Shown here one piece after another: positions 29,969 through 40,120 of a stretch of 64,000 nucleotides of DNA. Below the pieces are notes generated by a model. That model was given only the letters and a program-made list of their open reading frames with translations, ran no database searches and was not told the DNA's origin. The stretch is from positions 32,001 to 96,000 of the forward strand of contig JBHLKM010000007.1 in the NCBI GenBank assembly GCA_048886685.1, in the 5' to 3' direction. Made by a program: the position numbers and the translations under genes. The stretch's first letter is position 1. Each line of letters opens with the position of its first letter. This stretch comes from Candidatus Hodarchaeota archaeon (lineage in GTDB: Archaea; Asgardarchaeota; Lokiarchaeia; Sigyniarchaeales; SOKP01).

Positions 29969-30880
29969 TTAAAATGAGGAGGCTATCTCTTCCATAAAGG
30001 TCTCCTTTTCATCTTTGAATCCAGTTATGACAAAAATGAATTGTTTACAGCCCAAGTCAACATACTCTTGTAATACATTGATACAGTTGTCATACGTACA
30101 ATAAATGCCCTTTTCCACCCCCAAAGCACTAATTTTCTTATTTAAATCTATTTTATTCTTTCCAATCAAAAAGTTCCCACTCCAGGATAATTCAATATCT
30201 TCTATTTTCCGTTCGAGTATATCACAGTATTCTTGTAGAATGTGTACCTTTCTTTTGTATTCTTCGATTGAAGCACCCCATCTGTCCCAGATATTTCCTA
30301 TTTCAGCTGCGACCTTTAGCGTATATTTTTCTCCACCCCCTCCAATCATGATCGGAGGATGCGGTTTTTGTAAGGGCTTTGGTTTACAGATTGCTTCCTT
30401 TGCTTCATAGAATTCTCCTTGAAAACTCGTACTTTCTTCAGTCCAGAGCTTTTTTATGAGAGTTATCCCTTCTCTCATTTGATTCACTCTAGTAACTGGG
30501 TCTCTGAACGAAAATCCATAAGCCTTGTATTCCTCCTCCTTCCAACCAGCGCCATAGCCAAATATTAACCTTCCTTTGGAGATAACATCAATTGTGGCTG
30601 CAATTTTAGCAGTTAGTGTAGGACTTCTAAAAGAATTACACGCTACCAAAGGTCCAAGTTTGATTGATTTTGTTTCCACTGCTAACGCAGATAGCAGTGT
30701 CCATGCCTCGAAAACACTTCCCTCATTAAAAGGGCCCCACATAAAGTGATCCATAGCCCAAAGAGAATCATAACCCAATCTTTCACATTCCTGTGCCATT
30801 TTTCTAACGGAATTGTAATCAGACCTATACAACATATCCGGTGTGGCATTTATAGTCACTCCAAACTTGATTTTACTCAT
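29969..30880 (-). CDS. LLM-class (likely F420-dependent) flavin oxidoreductase
   Basis: GYDSLWAMDH, ISKGRLIFGYGAGW, PKPLQKPHPPIMIGGGGEK. Confidence 0.92.
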   Translation of the reverse strand: MSKIKFGVTINATPDMLYRSDYNSVRKMAQECERLGYDSLWAMDHFMWGPFNEGSVFEAWTLLSALAVETKSIKLGPLVACNSFRSPTLTAKIAATIDVISKGRLIFGYGAGWKEEEYKAYGFSFRDPVTRVNQMREGITLIKKLWTEESTSFQGEFYEAKEAICKPKPLQKPHPPIMIGGGGEKYTLKVAAEIGNIWDRWGASIEEYKRKVHILQEYCDILERKIEDIELSWSGNFLIGKNKIDLNKKISALGVEKGIYCTYDNCINVLQEYVDLGCKQFIFVITGFKDEKETFMEEIASSF

Positions 30881-31021
30881 AATAAACCATCCTCGAATAA
30901 ATATGATAATTTATATTATTATAAACAATTTAATCAATTTATAATACAAAAAAAACTATTTTTTTTAGAGTTTAAAGAAGTAAATTATCAGCTTTACAGT
31001 AGCAATAATATTGTTTTATTT

Positions 31022-32452
31022 TTATTTATAATTTTTATAACGATATAAATTCGAAAAAGCTTTAGCTGCCCTTGAAAAGCTGCGGAATCCAGGTATTTCC
31101 AATTCAATTAACTTTTTTTTAAAATCTTTACCGATTGAATTAGGAATATTTAACATGAAGGGTTTTCTCAATTTATCGCATATTTCTTTGTATCTAATTA
31201 ATTCTGCATAAAACTTTTTTAATCTTTCTTCATCTTGATCTATTCCTCTCCATCTAGGTCCTGGATTAAGTTGAATAACACCTGATATATACTCTTCACT
31301 AATAGCTAGTTTGAACAATTCATATCGGATTTCTTCATCTCTAAGATCCGGAAGATCTAAAGGATTTGTTATAGAACCTACTCTGATTAATTTTTTCATT
31401 TTGGAACGAGTGGGTTCTCGAATTTCAGGAACATCTATTCCAACATTCAAACGAGCAATTGAATCTACGCCTAACACTGAAGATCCTCCACTATAAGTTA
31501 TCATAAGTATACTATTATGTTTTGGTTCACAATTGGGACAAAATCTAAACAATACCGCAGTGTCTATTAATTCATCGTATGATATTATTTGGATCGCATT
31601 TGTTTGTTTGAATATGGAATTCCATATTTTATTTTGTGATGCTAAGGATCCTGTATGACTACTCGCTGCTCTTTTTCCTAACTCTGAAATTCCACCTTTC
31701 AATAGAAGTAATGGTTTCTTATTCTTCTTCAATGAATCGAAAAAAATTCTGCCCTCAAATTCAGGTGTTCGAAATTGAGAAAAACCTTCCATATAAGATA
31801 AAATAACTTCTGTATGTTCGTCTTTATTATAGTAATCGATTAAATCTGAAGATCTAAGAGAAATAGAGTTGCCTATACTCGCCGCATAAGAAAAATAAAC
31901 GCCTCTGTTATTTAGACTAGAAACAATCCGATTAGTAAGATCCCCACTCTGTGAAACTAAGGCAAAATTACCTGCTTTTTCACTAAAACGTTCGCTATAT
32001 GAGAATTTTCCCCTTGGACTGTAAATTCCCATGCAGTTTGGACCCACAAGTCGACTATTTTCGTTGTTTTTGAATAGTTCATATAATTCTGCTTCAATTT
32101 TAATTCCTTTCTCATCGAATTCACCAGTTCCTGCGGAGAATACATGAATTGTATAAAATTTCTTTTCTAAACATGTCTTTATAGTTTTTATTAATCTATT
32201 TCTGTTAACCGAAATTAAACTGTGGTCTATTTCATCAGGAATCTCTGAAAGATCTCTGTAAACATTCACACCTTTTAATCGTTCTGCGTGTTTTTCCATT
32301 AATTTGTCATAGTAATTTGTAACAATATAGAGAGAATCTTTTGGAAATCTATCTATGTAACCATCTATATGCCAAATTCTTCTTGGATTGGCACCTATAA
32401 ACGCAAGTGTTTTTGGATAGAACAATTTCTCGAAAAAGTCAATTTGTTTCAA
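31022..32452 (-). CDS. ADP-forming acyl-CoA synthetase alpha-type (CoA-binding) protein
   Basis: LVGPNCMG, VSQSG, AASSHTGSL, NPLDL. Confidence 0.88.
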   Translation of the reverse strand: MKQIDFFEKLFYPKTLAFIGANPRRIWHIDGYIDRFPKDSLYIVTNYYDKLMEKHAERLKGVNVYRDLSEIPDEIDHSLISVNRNRLIKTIKTCLEKKFYTIHVFSAGTGEFDEKGIKIEAELYELFKNNENSRLVGPNCMGIYSPRGKFSYSERFSEKAGNFALVSQSGDLTNRIVSSLNNRGVYFSYAASIGNSISLRSSDLIDYYNKDEHTEVILSYMEGFSQFRTPEFEGRIFFDSLKKNKKPLLLLKGGISELGKRAASSHTGSLASQNKIWNSIFKQTNAIQIISYDELIDTAVLFRFCPNCEPKHNSILMITYSGGSSVLGVDSIARLNVGIDVPEIREPTRSKMKKLIRVGSITNPLDLPDLRDEEIRYELFKLAISEEYISGVIQLNPGPRWRGIDQDEERLKKFYAELIRYKEICDKLRKPFMLNIPNSIGKDFKKKLIELEIPGFRSFSRAAKAFSNLYRYKNYK

Positions 32453-32649
32453 TATACCACCTTAAAAACATCAAATAAATTATCCAATTAAAACATTATT
32501 TTATTCTTTTAATCAAAAGTAAAGGATATTAAATTTTTAATACTAAAATTTGGAAGATGAGGTTTTTTCCTGAATTTCATTTTTTTTTTCTAAAATATTA
32601 AATAATAAAATATAATCATTATCATAAACTAGCTCTGTGGGTATAAATT

Positions 32650-33522
32650 TTGAATTTAAATAAGAATCCAGGCATAGACTTAGTTGCTGATGAAAGGATT
32701 TGGAGTGAATCCGTATATGCTGATTGCGTTAGTTCTGATGGTCACACCGCTATTATGACAAGATTATGCCGTTATCCTGAATATTCTACTTCATGGCTTT
32801 GGGCTTTCTGTTTTTTAACTCAAGGAATTTATGGATATAATAACAATTACCTCCCATGCGATAATGAAATAAGTCTTGTTGAAGGTCCTGATTTAAATTA
32901 TATTCATTTAAGGCAAGAGAAAGCTAAATTTGAGCGATTTGGACCTCGAGATTCTCCTAATGGGGCTCAAGTTACAGTTGATATTAAGGCACATAAGGGT
33001 TCGAAGGTTCCTCAAAACTTAGGTCCTCTTAAAATGCAGATTAAAGCCGATATTACTCCTAAACATAAACCATGGAGATTGAACCGATATAGGACAGAGT
33101 GGATAAATGATGCTAAAATTGTGGTTAAAATTGATGATTTAGAGTTTAAATATAAAGGATCCGGCCATTGGCACGAACAGCATCAGAAAGCACCAAGATG
33201 GAAAATACAATTCACATATATTTCTCTTCGTGGCGATAATCTCTGTTTAATTGGTAGTGCAACAGAACCCAATGATGCTGGATTCGTTGTCAACTCATCC
33301 AAGCGTACAAAAATTACACAAATTAAGATTGATCCACCATCGACGATACGGAATATTAAAATAACGCTTGAAGATAATTCTACATTGAACGGTACGATTC
33401 ACACTATTTACAATTATCTAGTACCTATATATAATCAATTGCGACCAGGTACCATAGTAACTGCACAGTTCAAAAAAGAATTACTTTCTGGAGTTGTAAA
33501 TGATTGGTTAATAAACGATTAA
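32650..33522 (+). CDS. Hypothetical beta-rich protein (possibly AttH/tocopherol-cyclase-like fold)
   Basis: WSESVY, GSGHWHEQH motifs; the fold assignment is inference. Confidence 0.6.
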   Translation: MNLNKNPGIDLVADERIWSESVYADCVSSDGHTAIMTRLCRYPEYSTSWLWAFCFLTQGIYGYNNNYLPCDNEISLVEGPDLNYIHLRQEKAKFERFGPRDSPNGAQVTVDIKAHKGSKVPQNLGPLKMQIKADITPKHKPWRLNRYRTEWINDAKIVVKIDDLEFKYKGSGHWHEQHQKAPRWKIQFTYISLRGDNLCLIGSATEPNDAGFVVNSSKRTKITQIKIDPPSTIRNIKITLEDNSTLNGTIHTIYNYLVPIYNQLRPGTIVTAQFKKELLSGVVNDWLIND

Positions 33523-33561
33523 AAAATTTTAATTTAGAATTATAGGCATATAATTATTTTT

Positions 33562-33924
33562 TTGTTTCATATGTTCATCTTAAATCAATATGATTACATT
33601 ATACCACTTAGAATTCTTGGAATTCTTGCATTGATTGGAACTCCATTACTCCTTAGTGGAATATACCTTGCAAAACTAAGAAAAAAAAAGGAACTTATAC
33701 TAATGTTAGGATACATTTCGATCATTTTTGGGGCATTGTTTATTATTTTAGCTATATGGGGTGATATCTGCTGGAATCGGTATTTAGAAACTTGTAACCC
33801 CTGCATTTTGTTCGATTATACTCCAATTTTTTTATTGTTAATTATGCTAGGGATAATATTAATTATATATGCGATGTTTTTAATACATAATACGATAGTG
33901 GGAATAAGAGTTAATGAAAATTAA
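33562..33924 (+). CDS. Small 3-TM membrane protein, paralog of 19706..20059
   Basis: Colinear similarity including AIWG and YLE. Confidence 0.75.
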   Translation: MFHMFILNQYDYIIPLRILGILALIGTPLLLSGIYLAKLRKKKELILMLGYISIIFGALFIILAIWGDICWNRYLETCNPCILFDYTPIFLLLIMLGIILIIYAMFLIHNTIVGIRVNEN

Positions 33925-33931
33925 TGAATCG

Positions 33932-34072
33932 ATGAAAGAATTGAAAAATCTATATCCATTGACCTTGGTTAATACAACTAATAGATTTAGCCTAAAATGT
34001 CAATATTGTTTCCTTTTTCGGGAAGGTAATCCGAATAAAGGTTGTGTAAATGATTGGTATAAAATTAAATAA
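33932..34072 (+). pseudogene. Chimeric relic: 5' end of a radical SAM homolog fused to the 3' end of a 32650 homolog
   Basis: MKELKNLYPLTLVNTTNRFSLKCQYCFLFREGNPNK (25/36 identical to the 34881 N-terminus) + GCVNDWYKIK* (cf. GVVNDWLIND*, 14-nt exact core). Confidence 0.82.
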
Positions 34073-34129
34073 ATAATATGGAAACTAATATTGTTAATCT
34101 TGATATAATTATTAAATTATAATTATGAG

Positions 34130-34861
34130 TTGATCATGTCGTTTAAGGGAAAAGTTATAATAATAACAGGAGCAAGCGGAGGAATTGGAAGTGAAACTGC
34201 TCGATTATTTGCTAAAAATAGAGCCAATATTATTATTAATTACAACTCTTCTCCTGCTAAAGCAAAAAACACTTTAAACATGGTTAAAGACTTGGGAGTA
34301 GATGCGATAAATATTAAAGCGGATATTTCTAATACAAATGAAGTAAAAAATATGATTGATGAGACTATAAATAATTTTGGGAAAATAGATGTCTTAGTGA
34401 ATAATGCCTCTAAACATCCTCCTCCCTTATTTAACTTTCACAAACCTGATTGGGAATTATGGAAAAGGATGGTTCAAGTGAATGTTATGGGAATTTTAAT
34501 TTGTTCTCATTTTAGTTTTCCTTATTTGAAAGAAACTAATGGTAATATTGTCAATATAGTAATGGATTATGATCCAGGAGGATTAGGTTATGTGTTTACT
34601 AAAATGGCAGGAACTCCTCTGACTAGAGGATTAGCCAGAAAATTAGCACCAGTAAGAGTTAATGCTGTATCTCCCGGAGTGATTGAAACATGGGAAATGA
34701 GTGAAGAAGAGAAAAAGGATTGGTTAAAAACAATAATTATAAAAAGAATTGGTCAACCTATAGATATCGCAAGAGCTATCCTATTTTTGGCATCTGATGA
34801 GGCATCATACATTACAGGAGAAACTCTTCATGTAGATGGGGGACATCAATTATTAGTTTAA
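34130..34861 (+). CDS. Short-chain dehydrogenase/reductase
   Basis: TGASGGIG, VNNA, YVFTK, VNAVSPG, YITGETLHVDGG. Confidence 0.92.
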   Translation: MIMSFKGKVIIITGASGGIGSETARLFAKNRANIIINYNSSPAKAKNTLNMVKDLGVDAINIKADISNTNEVKNMIDETINNFGKIDVLVNNASKHPPPLFNFHKPDWELWKRMVQVNVMGILICSHFSFPYLKETNGNIVNIVMDYDPGGLGYVFTKMAGTPLTRGLARKLAPVRVNAVSPGVIETWEMSEEEKKDWLKTIIIKRIGQPIDIARAILFLASDEASYITGETLHVDGGHQLLV

Positions 34862-34880
34862 AATAAAATTAAAGGGAACC

Positions 34881-35804
34881 ATGAGAGAATTGAAAAAGTT
34901 ATTTCCATTGGCCTTGGTAAATATAACAAATAGATGTAACCTTAAATGTAAACATTGTTTTGTCTTTCGGGAAGGTAATCCTAATAGACCTACTGAGAAA
35001 AATGAAATGGAAACAGACTTAATGATAAAAGAAATAAAAAGCTATAAAAGTAGATATGGAATTTTCAGAATGCTTTGGATGGGAGGAGAACCACTTCTAA
35101 GAAAAGATGTGTTAAAACAAGGGGTCACACTTTTTCCCCAAAATGTTATTGCTACTAATGGAACATTACCACTAATCAATTTAGGTCCGAGTATTAAATG
35201 GACAATTTCAATAGATGGTCCTGAAGAAATAAACGATGAAATTAGGGGTAAAGGGAGCTTCGAAAGAGTGATTTACAATTTGAATAATTTACCTGAGGAT
35301 TTTACTGGAGATCTCCAATGTAATTGTGCAGTTACAAAATTGAATGAAGATTGTTTTGAAGAACTTATTAATGTCTTGCATAAAGAGACTCCAATAAGAG
35401 GTATAAACTTTAATTTTTATGTTCCGAAAGAACACGATACTTCCAAATTTGCTTGGAAATCTCTAATGGAGAGGGATTCTGCGGTGATTAAGATATTAAA
35501 ATTAAAAAAGAAATATCCTAAATTTATTCTTAATAATAAGATGGTACTTAAACTAATGCTATCTCAAAATGCAGCTGAAATAACAAAAGATTGCCCATTA
35601 AAAAAAATTATACTTCCCCTCTATTTAGGAGAAAATGGATTCGAAATTCCATTTTGTTGTTATGGGAACAATGTTAATTGTGATTTATGTGGATCTTGGG
35701 CAGTTTTTCATCTTGAATATATCAGGAGGTTAAATCCAGGATTTCCTTTTAAAATGACAGGAAACATTTTCAAAAAAGTGACACCTTCAGGATTTACATT
35801 ATAG
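34881..35804 (+). CDS. Radical SAM protein
   Basis: CNLKCKHC, GGEP, TNG, ISIDG, C-terminal CC...CDLC. Confidence 0.9.
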   Translation: MRELKKLFPLALVNITNRCNLKCKHCFVFREGNPNRPTEKNEMETDLMIKEIKSYKSRYGIFRMLWMGGEPLLRKDVLKQGVTLFPQNVIATNGTLPLINLGPSIKWTISIDGPEEINDEIRGKGSFERVIYNLNNLPEDFTGDLQCNCAVTKLNEDCFEELINVLHKETPIRGINFNFYVPKEHDTSKFAWKSLMERDSAVIKILKLKKKYPKFILNNKMVLKLMLSQNAAEITKDCPLKKIILPLYLGENGFEIPFCCYGNNVNCDLCGSWAVFHLEYIRRLNPGFPFKMTGNIFKKVTPSGFTL

Positions 35805-35911
35805 GGATTAAAATATACTAAACAATACAAAAATCCCTCAAAAACCCAAATTAGACTAGCTTCCTAATTTAGAAAGAATTAATTATTAGCTAGTAATTAT
35901 AAGTTCTTATT

Positions 35912-37258
35912 TTATTTTTGAATATTATTATCATCTGATTGATTTCTTAAATCTTGAGCTTGCATAACTGTACGTCCTGGCATTTCTTTATCAGGGTCAC
36001 CACCCATTTTTCTTGCTGCTGATAAATAAATTCCAATTGCCATTGTTGATTTTTCCATTTTAGCTCTTGTAATAAACACTTTCGAAGCAATCTCACTGAC
36101 ATATTTATTATTAGGTGAACTAGACCAAGCCCATTCAGCAAGGTGACATGCCATCCTTAATTCACCCTTATTCATAAGCTCTAATGCTCTTTCAGCTAAC
36201 TTTACTGCGCCTCCAGCAAGGTTTGCAATTTCTTTTGCTTGAATTATTTCAGGAGCCGGTTTTAAATGAGAAGGGATTCCATCATACCAACCCCCATATA
36301 ATCGCCAAATATTTCTTACAATGAATTCAGGTTCATCATATACTGGTTTAAGATATGGTTTTTTGAATAATTCATCAGGAGTTTTCACTGTATGAATAAT
36401 TGTATCTAAAGATACTCCCTTATTCATTAGAGAAATTACTTGTGTATGAAGTGATTCAAGTAAGAGAGCTGTATTATCTAATGCTTCATTAACACGTTCT
36501 TGGCCAATTATAGGAACTCCATGTCCTGGGCATAAGATTTTAGGATTATACTCTTTCATTTCCCGTAATGTTAACGCCCATTCATGAGCATAGCGTTGAA
36601 CTTTTTGGGGATTTCCCGCATTTGGTACTCCCCAAATAAATAGATCACCAGAACATAATATATTGGTATCAGGGAAATATACCCATGTATGATCATCTGT
36701 TTCTCCTCGAGAATGGTTTAACTGAACCTGCACACCAGCAATTTGAATTGTCATATCATCTTTATAAGTCAAATTTGGATAATAAAAATCTTTCTTAAAA
36801 AGAGGTTCACCTTTATCTCCTCTAAATTGCCTTAAATTAATAAGCGCATTCCAAGAGTTTGTTAATTTATATCTATCAAAACGATCAATAATTGCTTCGT
36901 GTGCAATAATACGAGGTACAGGCCAATGGTTATTTTCACATTCCTCCATATAAGGTTTTATTCCAACATGATCAACATGGCCATGAGTAAATATTACTGT
37001 ATTTACTCTTTGAGAAGTTTCTTCACGTAAAGCTTTAAATTTCTGATCTACGTCAAAATCTGCCCCTGGATCAATAATTATCAACCCTTCGTTGGTTTCT
37101 CTTATTATTGAATTTGAAAAACCTCTGTAAAACCAAGTTCGTTGAGAATTATATTCATTTATGAGTTCAAGACCACGAGGTACTCCAAATGGATGATGAG
37201 AATATGTATTTTTCCTTCCAACCCATAGATCTTCAGCAAGGTCTAAAATTTTTCCCAT
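35912..37258 (-). CDS. Alkyl/aryl sulfatase (SdsA/BDS1-like MBL fold)
   Basis: THGHVDH, GETDDH, PGHG, YGGWYDG dimerization region. Confidence 0.88.
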   Translation of the reverse strand: MGKILDLAEDLWVGRKNTYSHHPFGVPRGLELINEYNSQRTWFYRGFSNSIIRETNEGLIIIDPGADFDVDQKFKALREETSQRVNTVIFTHGHVDHVGIKPYMEECENNHWPVPRIIAHEAIIDRFDRYKLTNSWNALINLRQFRGDKGEPLFKKDFYYPNLTYKDDMTIQIAGVQVQLNHSRGETDDHTWVYFPDTNILCSGDLFIWGVPNAGNPQKVQRYAHEWALTLREMKEYNPKILCPGHGVPIIGQERVNEALDNTALLLESLHTQVISLMNKGVSLDTIIHTVKTPDELFKKPYLKPVYDEPEFIVRNIWRLYGGWYDGIPSHLKPAPEIIQAKEIANLAGGAVKLAERALELMNKGELRMACHLAEWAWSSSPNNKYVSEIASKVFITRAKMEKSTMAIGIYLSAARKMGGDPDKEMPGRTVMQAQDLRNQSDDNNIQK

Positions 37259-37798
37259 TATTTTTCACCCTATTTTGATTTTAAATTAAATTCTTAATTA
37301 ATTGTGATTTTCTCAAGATAGAGATGATGTATCATTCATATTTAAAACATAATATATTTTTTATTTATTTGATAGAGTTTATATTGTGCTTTTTTTAATA
37401 GCTTCTATAACCTTTTTGAAGATGAAATGACACATTTTCAAGATTTAGATAATTCCAGTTAGTGAGAAAGAAAATTATAAATAAAACTAGCATTATTATA
37501 CATAATAAGAGATCATAGATAATTTAAGATTTGAATGGCAAAATTACGTAAAGCTTCAAATATTTCTATTCGATGGAATCAACCAAAGATTTTATTGATT
37601 GTTATAGCATTCCTCTTGAAAGGTATATTAATGGCTTTCTGGGCAATTAGTTATTATATATGCAGTTAGATTCCTACATTTATCTGAAGAATTTTTAAAT
37701 TCATTTAAGTTTATATTTAATCAGATGAGATTACTCAGGATTTAGATAAAAAAATAAAAAGAGTTATAAAAGTAGATTAGAAATTAATGAGAGTATTC

Positions 37799-38146
37799 TT
37801 AAACTGCTTCTATTTCTTTCACAAATACTATTTCGCTGTTAACTTCATAAAACTTACGACCTACTATTGATTCTATAAATGCTGCAAATTTTTTTACCTG
37901 CTCTTGATACAACCCACTTTTTTCTATTGCTTCAGCATCCTCTTTCGTCTCCCATAACGCTAAAGAGATTCCTTCATCTCTTTGTTCTGAAGCTAATAAA
38001 AAGCCGCCGATAAAGCCTTTTTGATCTCTAATAGCAGGCATTATATTTTCGTCCCATATTCTTCTTGCCTCATCTAAATCAATATCTGGCTTTAATTTTG
38101 AAGTTGTCATGCTAACGATTACCACATTTATCACCTCAAATTTCAA
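37799..38146 (-). CDS. ABM-like dimeric alpha-beta barrel protein
   Basis: QKGFIGG...ISLALWETKEDAEA; real start probably a few codons downstream, after GAGGTGA. Confidence 0.78.
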   Translation of the reverse strand: MKFEVINVVIVSMTTSKLKPDIDLDEARRIWDENIMPAIRDQKGFIGGFLLASEQRDEGISLALWETKEDAEAIEKSGLYQEQVKKFAAFIESIVGRKFYEVNSEIVFVKEIEAV

Positions 38147-38489
38147 TTCATATAATTTATATTTTTTTGTTAAATTTTATTCCATTGTTAGTGATGCAAC
38201 TCAGATTTATAAATATTATACTGAAAACATCATTTAGCCGCTTTAGGGCGATTTTCAGGGAAATGGATTAAAATCAAAATTCATGTTTTTGTGTTGCATA
38301 ATCTATAGAAACATTTAAAAATGAAACTTAAAATGGATCTCATTATATTTTATATAAAAACGGTTTTTTAATATTAGAGAAATAAGAATCTAAGATTAGT
38401 CTAAGACTCCATTGAAAGTTCTTATTATTAAACTATATATATAATCTTAACAGTATTATAATTATAAAAAAAAGAAAAGTGGAAAAAAA

Positions 38490-38681
38490 ATGACACAAGT
38501 TATTGAAAAAGTATTGGAAGAGAAAAGACCTAAAATTGAACAAGCTGAAAATGATCAAATGCTTGGAGATTTAAATCCAAGATATTTTGAGGAAGCCATG
38601 ACTCTTAAAGAAGCACAACAAAAAGTTTATTCATCAACTATTAATTTGAGTTGTAGATATAACGTTTTTAGGGCTTTTTAG
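38490..38681 (+). CDS. Small hypothetical protein (63 aa)
   Basis: Isolated ORF with upstream TATA-like TATATATATAA and a downstream T-tract. Confidence 0.55.
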   Translation: MTQVIEKVLEEKRPKIEQAENDQMLGDLNPRYFEEAMTLKEAQQKVYSSTINLSCRYNVFRAF

Positions 38682-38882
38682 AAGAATTAAATGATTTTTT
38701 TTATACCCTTATCCTTTTTAATTTTAACAAAGTAAAGATATTATTATACACATTATTAATTATTAATCTTCAGAAGATATTAAAAATTCTTCAGGTATTA
38801 GACAAGCTAGTTTTGAAATAAGTTAAAAAAATAATGAGAATGTAAAAAAAAAAGTTAATTATATTGATAATAAAAACAGCAG

Positions 38883-39962
38883 TTACTGGAGAAAGCTATT
38901 CGCTTGTTTTAATGCTTTCTCAGTATCTTTTATAACTGTTTCGATGATATCAGAAACACTTTCAATCTGGTTTATAGCCCCTATACTCTGCCCTAATAAG
39001 ACCCCACCATTCTCCATATCGCCTTGATAAGCTGCAAACGCAGCATATGCATCTTTTCTTAATTCTTCCTCAAGTTCTTCCTGTGATATCTCAGAACGGT
39101 GATCAGCCCTAAATTTTTCTTCAGCCATTTTTTCTTCTTTGCTCTTTACTAAACCTTTTGACAGAGCATATTTATTCTTCCAATACCTTATGGTTCCTAG
39201 AGTTCCTGTTCTGATAATTGTATCTGAAGCTTTTGCCGGTGGTATCACATTTTTGTAATTTTCATGGAATTCACTATCTTTCGATGCAATAAATCTTGAT
39301 CCCATCGCAATTCCTCCTGCTCCAAGAGCTAAAGCTGCAGCCATACCTGCTCCTGTAGCAAATCCACCACACGCAATTTTTGGAATATCTGGGTGTTTTT
39401 GCTGTACCTGTTGTAATAAAACCAAACCGCCAACTTTTTCATATGACTGATGACCTCCTCCTTCGAATCCTGTGACCACCAGCCCGTCACATCCCGCTGC
39501 GACACATTTATCAGCTAACCAAAGCGCGGGAGCAACATGGAAATGTTTAATCTCCGTACTTTCCCTTAATTTTTGGAAATCCTTGTTCTCAGGCAGTCTC
39601 CTTGCTGAACCCGCACTACTGAGTGCATATAAGCATTGTTCTCTCAATTTGGGATTTGCCATTATATGCTTTGAAGTTTCTGAAATTAAATTGTCACAAT
39701 TTAACGTAAGTCTCGAAGTTCTTATGTTGAAACCAAAAGGTTTATCTGTATGTTCTACAACATAATCAAGATTTTTTTTCATGGCAACAAGGGCATTTGT
39801 TTCCCTACCATCCATAGATTGGTTTGCATGAGAGATCATCCCAAGACCTCCTGCTTCTGAGACTGCTATTGCCAATTCGGTTGTTCTGAAAGGTCCCATA
39901 GCTGCGCTTGCGATTGGATGTTTTATTCCAAACATTTCGGTAATGATAGTTTTTAATGTCAA
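38883..39962 (-). CDS. Nitronate monooxygenase / FabK-like FMN enzyme
   Basis: AVSEAGGLG, GFEGGGH, ACGGF, ALALGAGGIAMGSRF. Confidence 0.9.
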   Translation of the reverse strand: MTLKTIITEMFGIKHPIASAAMGPFRTTELAIAVSEAGGLGMISHANQSMDGRETNALVAMKKNLDYVVEHTDKPFGFNIRTSRLTLNCDNLISETSKHIMANPKLREQCLYALSSAGSARRLPENKDFQKLRESTEIKHFHVAPALWLADKCVAAGCDGLVVTGFEGGGHQSYEKVGGLVLLQQVQQKHPDIPKIACGGFATGAGMAAALALGAGGIAMGSRFIASKDSEFHENYKNVIPPAKASDTIIRTGTLGTIRYWKNKYALSKGLVKSKEEKMAEEKFRADHRSEISQEELEEELRKDAYAAFAAYQGDMENGGVLLGQSIGAINQIESVSDIIETVIKDTEKALKQANSFLQ

Positions 39963-40120
39963 AATAAATCACCTTCTATTCTATTTTAATTGGAATCTAA
40001 ATAAAATTAACCTTTTTCTTTTTTCATTGTAGTTTTTGTTTGCAATTGTCTATTTACAGGATTTTGAAATCTAGAGCTTTTAAAACATAGATTATAAATC
40101 TTCAAGTAACTGAGTTTATT

